Below, piece by piece: positions 57,800-64,000 of a stretch of 64,000 nt of DNA. Made by a program: the position numbers and the translations under genes. Below the pieces are notes generated by a model. That model ran no database searches and was not told where the DNA came from. It saw only the letters and a list, made by a program, of their open reading frames with translations. How positions within the stretch are numbered: position 1 is the first letter of the stretch; the number at the start of each line of letters is the position of its first letter. Origin of the DNA: Hemiscyllium ocellatum (taxonomy: Eukaryota); the NCBI RefSeq assembly GCF_020745735.1, contig NC_083450.1:4481479-4545478 (forward strand). The letters are read 5' to 3'.

Positions 57800-60700
57800 C
57801 AGACAATTTAATGACAATACTATCGAGCAAGTCTGGGACTTTCTCTGTAAGACCAACATTAGAGAGAACATCAACTGCAGTTGGACGGATTACAGCAACA
57901 CCTTTGATTAAAGCATCATCTTCTCCTGCCCTTCGTGTTTCCACGCACATGGACCTTAAGTGATATCCATCTACATTATATTCCTCCCCCTTGCTTTGCA
58001 AAGAAATTATTTCCATTCTGCCACCCTTTATTGCTGGTCATTCGTACCACTAGTTGGCACTTTGGTATGGTATTTGCCCAGAGCCAGCTGATTTGCCTCG
58101 CTCTAAAACTTGCAGCTGCCATTAAATGGAGTTGCTGGGTCCTCAAAGCTTGTGAATCCTTGAACCTTTACAAATAACAGCTCGGGTCTCTGCTCTGCTG
58201 CGATAGCATCGGCAACAACCTTCAGTGCCTCTCTCTCTCTCTTGCTGTCACGCACGCTCGTTCCCCCCTCACCCATGCTGTCTCCTCAAACTCTGTATTT
58301 CAGCATGCCTCCTTCTGTACTCGCTCTCACTCACTCTTCCGACGCACCCTCCCCTTATTCAATCACAGTCCCTCAGCTCCACTGCTCCCTCCATTACTGC
58401 TGCCCTCACTGATTCCACTCTCTTTCATTGTCTTTGTTGTACTCTGTCAATTCTCTCACCCTTGCTCTCTCTCTCTCTCTCTCTCTCCCCCCTCACCTTG
58501 CACCCCCCAACCCCCACGACCCCCGTCTCTATATATCACTGCCTTGCCATGTCATTGAGTCAAGAAGATGTATGGAATGAAAGCAACCCCTTTAGCCAAC
58601 TCGTCTATGCAGAGCAGATATCTTAAACGAATCTAGTCCCATTTGCTTGCACCTGACCCATATCCCCCTCAACCTTCCTATTCCTATACCTATTCAAACG
58701 CCGTTTAAGTGTTGCAATTGCGCCAACCTCCAACACTTCATCTTGAATCAAAAGTGCAAAGAGACTTGTAAAGAGTCCAGGATTCTCTCAAGAGTCTCGA
58801 AGGCACCCCTCAGCCTCCAACACTCCAGAGAAAACAGCCTCCGTCTATTTAGTCTTTCCCACAATCTCAAACCCTCCAACCCAGGGAACATCCATTAGAA
58901 AACTTTTCAGAACTATTTCAAGTTTCACTATCTCTGTCTTATTGTCTCACTCAACGCCCTTCCATTTTCCCCCCCACTCACTCTTGTCTCATTTTCCCTC
59001 CCTCCCCTATCTGTCTCTGTCACCCTCTCTCTTTCTAACCACACTCTATCTCATCTTGTCTCATTTTATGCCTCTCGCCCTCAACTTTGCCACTCCCTCC
59101 ATATCTTTCCCTTCTCCACTTTTTCAAAGCCCTCACTCTCTCACCTCCTTCCTGGCCCCTCGCTCTCCACTGCACTCCTCTCGCCCTTACTGCTGCCCAC
59201 CATGACTCCCGTCTCTTGCTCTCTCCCTCACTCTTTGTTACACTCTGTCAAACCCGTCCCTCCGTTACTCTCGTTGTCCTTCTCTGTCGATATATCTCTC
59301 ACTTGCAATCTCTCTCTTACTGTATCTCTCAATCCAATTCCTCTTTCACTCTTCGACCGAATCTCCTTTCCAATTCAACCCCTCTCCTTTTCTGTACATG
59401 TCACGCCCTTTGTTTATAACAACACTCACTCTCATCCTGTTTCTCTTTAATCCTATTTCCGCTACCTCCTCGCTCCCTCTATCATCTCTCCCTTACCCAT
59501 CATTTTACAGCCCTGTCCCCTCTCTCCCTTTCTCTCTTTCTCTCTCAATCTCTCCCACCCCTCCCTTCTCCCATTCTCTCTCACTCTCTCACTTCACTCC
59601 CTGATTTGCAGTCCCTGTGTCTTCCTTTCTACCTCTCGCTCCCCTCCCTGAATCTCTCTCTCCCCCCCCTCTCTCTCTCGCACACAGTTTAATAACGTCC
59701 CAATCACATTTTTTCTCCCGCCTCGTCTCCCTGGCTTGATCTTACTAAGAAGCTGTTGCCCAATGTCACCTTCCTCCCCTCTTTCTTCCCCATATGTCGA
59801 AACTGAAGCACATTGCACCCAGTCTCACCATCAAATTCAGCCACTGCCTTCATGTTTTGAGCTCTGAAATTTGAGCTAGCAGATCCATATGATCCTGAGT
59901 GAGTGCAGCGCGACCAGATGTGTCATCCAAGTGCGCCCAGCAGTGAAGTTTAAACAAAGTCACTGCCATATGGGTGCAAGATGAAACCGTGGAGCTGAGG
60001 GTAGTGTTGTATCTTCAGCACGGGCAAGGTATTCCCGAAAACCAATGCCCCTGATTTGACATTTTGCCTGGAGTTGCTCTCCTGCTAATATCACTGGACG
60101 AGCAAAGCCGAGTTCAAGGAGTTTTGAACATGCCCAGATTGGTTTTAATCCCACCACAGAATTACTCAATATATTCGTCAGTAAATCTAGAACCTAATCT
60201 GCTTCAGAGTGATGGTGACAGCTATGGTCGAGTGTCATTTGTGAGAAAAACCTCACCATTGGGTTTTAACTAATTAGGGAGACATTTCCACATTTCTTAC
60301 TCCAGTCTGCTGGGCTCAGCTCAACAAAGTCCTGTAAAAGAATGAAGTGGGAGTGGGAATACATTCCGTCAGTTGGATCTCCTTGAGCCCCTGATTAACT
60401 GAGCCCCTTCTGTTTAAGTTGGCCTCGGTGTATACCCTCCCTCCCTGTCCTTTCCTCACTCGGCCCGTGAAAAGGCAGATTTTTATTCGATAATGAAGTC
60501 ATCAAGGGAGAAAATGGTTATTAGACCTTGAGGCCATGATCAGATTGAATAGCAGAGCAGGGTCAAAGGGATGAATGGTCTCCTTCTGCTCCTAGCTTCT
60601 GAGTCGCCCTTACCCTCGCTCTGTGGCTGTTCGTCTGCCCCCGGAATGTAGCAACTCCTTGAAGCTCCTGAAACAGCATCTTCAAATCTTACAGCCTCGA

Positions 60701-63700
60701 CCTGCTAAGATGACAAGGGTAGCTTATACATGTGTGCACCACCACTTGCAAGTTCTCCTGGAGCCACACATTCTAACTTGGACATCTCTCCTCCAATCCT
60801 TCAGTGTGGCAATGTCAAGATCCTAGAATCATATCGCTAACTGCACTGTGGGTTTCTCTGTACCACCCAGGAACTGTGCAGCTCACCACTGCGGTCGTAA
60901 GTTGGAGCTAGGAGTAGATAATAAAAGGTTGGCCAAAGATCAGTGCTCTCATCCCCTGAAAGAATAAAAATAATAAAAAGTGTTGACGTTGTGGAAGCTT
61001 GATGCGCACAAATAGCTGCCATGTCAGCGTCATCACAAAATGACCACCGTACAAAAATGAATTGTAAAACACGCAGGAACACGCTGAGGATGTGAAAGGT
61101 GCTATATGAATGCAACTTTCTCGCTTATTCTGAGTGAGCAGCCTGCAACTAATCAGGCATGACATGTTGAAGGACTGCGAGTGGAACTCAAAGTCAGAGG
61201 AAGATTAAGAAAAAAGTGCTGCTGGCATTTCCTGGCCAACACTGATTTTGGAAGTTCTATTTCTTTAAGTTACAGAAATAATTGGGTTCTGTTAAATACA
61301 GCCCCTGGCTAGGTCGCCGAGGGCGAATGGAACCATGGACGAAGGGTTTCAGTTTAAATTTCGCCCTCCCCCTCCTCGCTCATGATCCTCACACGGAAGT
61401 AACGTTTCAATATCCATCAACAAACCCTGATACTTTGCAAGAGGCTATTAGTTCTATAAGTGAAAATAAACGTGGTTTCTCCGTAGCTTTTCAAGGATTT
61501 CTTAAAAACGCTTTACATCAAGTCAAGATTTCTTCAAGACTGGAGGAGAGGACATAAATGGAGAGGGGCGAATGGACTTGAAGAGGTGAAAGAAGTAGTG
61601 AGGGACGAAGGGGCTAGAGGAGGTAAAAGATTGGGAGAGTCTATAAGAGGTTGCATACATAGGGAGCAGAGTCGCAGCTACAAAAGATAACACAGACAGG
61701 GAGGTAAGTCGAATGTGGCCAGGGCTTCAGAGATAGGGAACACAGTAGGTGCAGGAGGGTGTGCCAGATATGGAGAGGCGTACAGAGGCTGGAGGAGGTT
61801 ACATACAAACGGAGGATATTGGAGCTGGTGGAGGTAACAGAGACAGTGATGGGTTTCGAGTCTGGAAAAGGGTACAGAGATAGACTCATGGATTCAACGG
61901 GATATAGATCCTTTCATCCAAATCATACAGATCTGTTGAGTTTATGTCGTCCCATTTGCCAGAATTTGGCCCATATCTTTCTAAACCCTTCTTATTCAAG
62001 TACCCATTTAAATGCCTTCTAAGCATTGTAAATGTATGCACTTCTGCTGTTTGTTCTGACAGCTTATTGCATACACACACTATCCTGTGTCTGAAAACGC
62101 TACCCCTCAGGTCCCTTTTAAATCTCCCCCTCCCACCATAAAACTATGCCCTCGAGGTTTTAACTACCCTTTCCTGGGAAAAAGACAATGGCTACTCACT
62201 CTATCCATACTTCTCATGATTTTATGAAGCTCTATAATGTTTATAAGTCCCTCAGCCTCTTATGCTCTAGTTTCAATTGCCCCAACCTATTCAGCCTCTT
62301 CATTCAGCTCAAAGCTGCCAAACCTGACAAATCATTGCGAACTTTTTTCTGAACCCTTTCAAATTTAACATCATCATTCATGTAGCAGTGGTCTAAAAGT
62401 GGTCAACCAATATTTTGTACGGCCCCAACATGAGCTCCCAACTTCTATACTCAACGTACTGATTAATGACGGCAGGCATGCCAGAAGCATTCTTCACCAC
62501 CCTGTCACATGTGACTGGACATTGAGAGACCTGTGCACCTCTACGCCAGGTCTCTTTATTTGGCAACAATCCCCACAGCTTCCCAGAAACCCGAAGTTCC
62601 ATCTTGATTTGCATAGCCAAAATAAAAAAAATCTTATTGGGATTTCTGGGGCAAGGGACGTTCATACAATTTGGGAAGGATTTGTAACTGGCGGATGTGA
62701 GAGAAAGAGGCCGGCTGTTGGAGATAGAGGAGATTACGGTGATAGGGAATCCCATACAGTTTCAAAGACGTTTCAGTGTTAGGGACGGGGTGTCAGGGTT
62801 GCAGGAGGCCTTAGAGATAAAGTGATAATAAGACCCTGGAGGAGATTGCAGTGATATGTCGATGGTTCAGCGCTGGAGGGGTTTTTCAGAAAGAGGGAGA
62901 TTTGTTGGAGCTGGCAGAGGTTAGAGAGATAAGGATAGGTGCAAGGGCTGGAGAAGGTTACAGAGAGGAGAAGGGGTGAGAGCACTGGAGGAGGTAAGAG
63001 AGCTTGGGAGGACGTAGTGACAATGAAGCCAAGACGTGCAGGGGATGGAGGAGGTGAAACATTTAGGTAGGGGTTGCAGGAGGTGGAGGAGGCTACAAAG
63101 ATGGGGAGAGGCGAGGAGTTTGGAAGGTGTGGCAGAGATAGGGAGGGATATCGGGTCTGGAATCGCTCCCAGAAATAAGGGGAAGTGTGGGGTTGGTAGG
63201 ATTTAAACGAGGTACAGTGTAATGTAGTATCTAAAGGATTTTATAGAGATAGGAAGGAATTTTGTGGAGGGGATTGCAGAGATATAGAGGGTTGTAGGGC
63301 TGGTGGAGATAGCAAGGGAATATTATAAGTACCTGAGGTGCTCAAGGTCATGGTGATGTGTGTCGGCAGTGGAGGGATTGACACATCAAGGAGGAATCTA
63401 AGGGATGGATGAAATATCAGAGATAGAGGAGTGTGTCAGAACGGGATGGGGAGGGGGTGTAGGAATTGGAGGTCTGCCAGAAGATAGAGACGGGGCAGCA
63501 GCGAGTGGAGCTGACAGAGATTGGTAATAGTGCTAGTGTTGGAAGTAGTTGCAGGGATAGGTAGGGGTGTAGGGGCGGTTGGAGATATCTGGGGAACCGT
63601 ATTGGGACCTAAGGTGTTTACAACGGTAGGGATGGGTTTAGGTACTTGTTTGAAATAGCGATGAACCAAAGTTTGGATGAAGTCATGGAGATAATTAGGC

Positions 63701-64000
63701 ATGTAGGGTCGGGAGCAGATAACAGAGTTAAGGAATGGTGTAGGGACTTGGTGAGCTGACAGGGATAGGGAGGAACACAGGGCCTGTCATAAGTAACACA
63801 GGTGGGGAGAGATGTATGAGCTTAAGAAGGTCACAGAGGTAAGAACGTGTCTCGGTGCATTAGGAGGTGACAGTGATAGAGAGGGGTGTAGGGCCTGGAG
63901 GAGTTTACAGAAATAGAGAGGGGATTAGGGGGTAGAGCACGTGGCAGAGATAAGGAAGAGTGTAGTGACAATAGTTGGTTACAGAAATAAGAACAATGTT
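57800..64000 (+). repeat. Segmental-duplication unit 4 (partial), ending in the ~37-bp minisatellite (61550-64000)
   Basis: 57800-60640 ~ 37890-40130, 60650-61550 ~ 42145-43050, 61550-64000 ~ 43050-45750. Confidence 0.85.

Larger units (their letters stand above)
37890..57800 (+). repeat. Segmental-duplication unit 3
   Basis: Start matches unit 4: 38270 aacagctcgggtctctg.tctgctgcgatagcatcggca ~ 58176, offset ~19.9 kb. Confidence 0.85.

Noticed and set aside
765-63702. Most short ORFs in the supplied track
   Set aside because: They are low-complexity, antisense to repeats, or derived from SINE/LINE sequence. Only the Ig exons, the HAAF-like exon and retroelement fragments show recognisable motifs.

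Overview
Repeat-rich vertebrate DNA from a cartilaginous fish, inferred from the Ig light-chain cluster organisation and the shark HE1-like SINEs; probably a carpet or bamboo shark, which is not provable here. The core is a head-to-tail segmental duplication with a unit of about 14-21 kb. Each unit carries one immunoglobulin light-chain minilocus on the + strand (octamer promoter, leader, V-12RSS, 23RSS-J, C) that resembles the shark type I / NS5 (sigma-cart) isotype. Cluster 1 (13.9-19.4 kb) is dead. Its V exon is cleanly excised, leaving a perfect heptamer-heptamer junction (CACTGTG|CACAGTG) that looks like a germline RAG signal joint, and a LINE fragment interrupts its C exon. Cluster 2 (27.9-31.9 kb) has a pseudogene V but an intact leader, J and C. 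Cluster 3 (49.4-54.3 kb) looks fully intact and unrearranged. A fourth unit starts at about 57.8 kb and runs off the window. Co-duplicated with the clusters are a lone dermatopontin/HAAF-like exon, a ~37-bp purine-rich minisatellite and a ~40-bp J-C intron satellite that mimics the C splice acceptor. Mobile DNA includes CR1-clade LINEs, a Gypsy pol remnant, eight HE1-like SINEs and many Penelope-like insertions carrying minimal hammerhead ribozymes, several as fold-back palindromes with target-site duplications. One 139-N assembly gap lies at 22435-22573. All family assignments come from motif recognition; no searches were run.
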